A DNA stretch of 64,000 bases from Gammaproteobacteria bacterium. GTDB lineage: Bacteria; Pseudomonadota; Gammaproteobacteria; GCA-001735895. The stretch covers positions 160,001 through 224,000 of the forward strand of contig JBNKUM010000008.1 in assembly GCA_050298595.1 (NCBI GenBank), given 5' to 3'. Below are positions 62,449-64,000 of this stretch, piece after piece. A program made the translations under genes and the position numbers. Every line of letters starts with the position of its first letter. Within the stretch, counting starts at the first letter, position 1. The notes under the pieces are model-generated. The model searched no databases. It saw nothing but the letters and a program-made list of their open reading frames with translations, and was not told the DNA's origin.

Positions 62449-63516
62449 GTGCTTAAAGACAACCTAAACAATATCCACGTCAGTTCTGAAAAAGTTCTGG
62501 TCACTCCAGATGAATTAAATAAGGAGCTACCGATTTCCCAACACGCCTTAGCAGGTATTCAAAAATCTCGGAAGATTATATCAGACATTATTCACCACAA
62601 TGATCATCGCCTGTTGGTTATATGCGGCCCCTGCTCAATACACGATGTCGACGCTGCTCATGAATATGCCAGACGTCTGAAAAAACTGCACGATGAACTG
62701 AGCGATTCACTTTATATCGTCATGCGGGTTTATTTTGAAAAACCTCGTACCACTGTTGGCTGGAAAGGTCTAATCAATGACCCTCATCTGGATGGTAGCT
62801 TTGACATCGAGTCTGGCCTACGCAAGGCACGAAAATTACTCATCGATTTTGCTGAGATGGAACTCCCGATGGGCACCGAAGCACTTGACCCGATCAGCCC
62901 GCAGTATCTGGGACAGTTATTCAGCTGGGCAGCCATTGGCGCGCGTACCACCGAATCTCAAACCCATAGAGAAATGGCTAGTGGTCTTTCTATGCCTGTA
63001 GGTTTTAAGAACAGTACCAACGGCAGCCTGGATACCGCAATTGATGCGCTGAAAGCCGCCTCTTCACCACACCGCTTCATGGGGATTAACGCTCAGGGAC
63101 AGGTTGCTGTGATCAAGACTGAGGGCAATCCGGATGGTCATATCATTCTTCGCGGTGGCAAAAAGACCAATTATGACTCTGTGAATATCACACTGGCTGA
63201 GGAGAGTATTGAGAAGAGCAAGGTGAATTCAGCCATCATGGTCGATTGCAGCCATAGCAATTCCAACAAAGACTTCAATCGACAACCGATGGTTTCCAAT
63301 GATGTGGCGAACCAGATCGTTGAGGGTAATCAGTCAATTATCGGCATTATGCTGGAAAGTAATCTGCACGAAGGCAATCAACCGTCAACACTGCCTCGCG
63401 ATGAAATGCAGTATGGCGTATCGATTACCGATGCCTGCATCAGCTGGGAAACTACCGAACAGGTATTACGTTCACTAGCTGAACGCCTGATGCCGGCCTT
63501 AACCAAAAGGGTTTAA
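62449..63516 (+). CDS. DAHP synthase, class I (AroF/G/H type; isoform not assignable)
   Basis: GPCSIHD, KPRTTVGWKG, GARTTESQTHRE, DCSHSNS, SITDAC. Confidence 0.95.
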   Translation: MLKDNLNNIHVSSEKVLVTPDELNKELPISQHALAGIQKSRKIISDIIHHNDHRLLVICGPCSIHDVDAAHEYARRLKKLHDELSDSLYIVMRVYFEKPRTTVGWKGLINDPHLDGSFDIESGLRKARKLLIDFAEMELPMGTEALDPISPQYLGQLFSWAAIGARTTESQTHREMASGLSMPVGFKNSTNGSLDTAIDALKAASSPHRFMGINAQGQVAVIKTEGNPDGHIILRGGKKTNYDSVNITLAEESIEKSKVNSAIMVDCSHSNSNKDFNRQPMVSNDVANQIVEGNQSIIGIMLESNLHEGNQPSTLPRDEMQYGVSITDACISWETTEQVLRSLAERLMPALTKRV

Positions 63517-63545
63517 TCTTGAACTAATTTACAGAGAGACAGGTG

Positions 63546-63905
63546 TCAGGCCAGTTTTATATGTATACCATTCAGGCTTAAAGCAACCATAACGCGCTTT
63601 TTTTGTTGCTCGTTTAGAGTAATGCTGTAAGCCGCTTTAAGAAGGTTATGCTCATCCATATAAAGCTGTCTGATCCTGGCTGTCTGGCCCATCCCCTTAA
63701 ATACATTCCTGATAATCTCACTGATCGATAAAGCCGGTGAGTCGACAAAATACAGATTTTGATTTTGTGCGAGATAATACACTCGCCCCACGCAGAGCTT
63801 ACAGAAAATCTCCAGCTCATTGTTTGGCACCGTTGACGATGAATTATTCTCAGCGCGTTTGAGAATATCGCGCCTGTTAGTTGAAATAGGACCTATACCG
63901 GCCAT
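63546..63905 (-). CDS. Hypothetical protein
   Basis: 119 aa ORF with a GAGGTG RBS. Confidence 0.65.
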   Translation of the reverse strand: MAGIGPISTNRRDILKRAENNSSSTVPNNELEIFCKLCVGRVYYLAQNQNLYFVDSPALSISEIIRNVFKGMGQTARIRQLYMDEHNLLKAAYSITLNEQQKKRVMVALSLNGIHIKLA

Positions 63906-63932
63906 GAATTCACCTCGACCCGCATCAATCCA

Positions 63933-64000
63933 TTAAGCTGATTGCTTAAGAATATTGTCCAGCAACTCAGTGATGCCAGGGTATTGTTTTTGAGTGAGTT
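63933..64000 (-). CDS. 3' end of a gene entering from the window edge
   Basis: ...LTQKQYPGITELLDNILKQSA*, ending just upstream of the next gene's RBS. Confidence 0.4.
   Translation of the reverse strand, partial: LTQKQYPGITELLDNILKQSA

Noticed and set aside
1-64000. rRNA or tRNA genes
   Set aside because: No cloverleaf/T-loop or rRNA signatures were seen in the intergenic gaps by eye; a tRNAscan/Infernal run would be needed to be certain.

Overview
A moderately AT-rich chromosomal window from a Gammaproteobacterium. Several small genes suggest a marine sulfur oxidiser, but that is inference. The window is mostly housekeeping genes: aceEF-lpdA, pyrC-rnt, grxD, sodB, argD/F/A/J, dksA, sucCD, pilSR-pilA, pilBCD-coaE-zapD, mutT, secA, lpxC, orn, rsgA and a DAHP synthase. 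Three accessory zones stand out. (1) About 2.8-7.4 kb holds a decaying cell-surface locus: an Ig-like lipoprotein, one intact and one pseudogenised small beta-barrel, and a fibro-slime remnant. (2) About 32.3-40.9 kb is an AT-rich insert between pilA and pilB. It carries two alternating pairs of a membrane sulfatase-fold transferase and a Wzy_C (O-antigen ligase/O-OTase-like) protein, next to a pilin ending in Ser. This is the best candidate for an undescribed multi-enzyme pilus-modification system. (3) About 53.7-55.7 kb is a stand-alone motA-motB-pilZ operon with a perfect sigma28 promoter. Mobile DNA comprises an in-frame-deleted IS4 inserted in a terminator, a frameshifted IS200-type tnpA and a MITE-like element. 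I found no rRNA, tRNA or CRISPR array. All calls are by eye, with no database searches.
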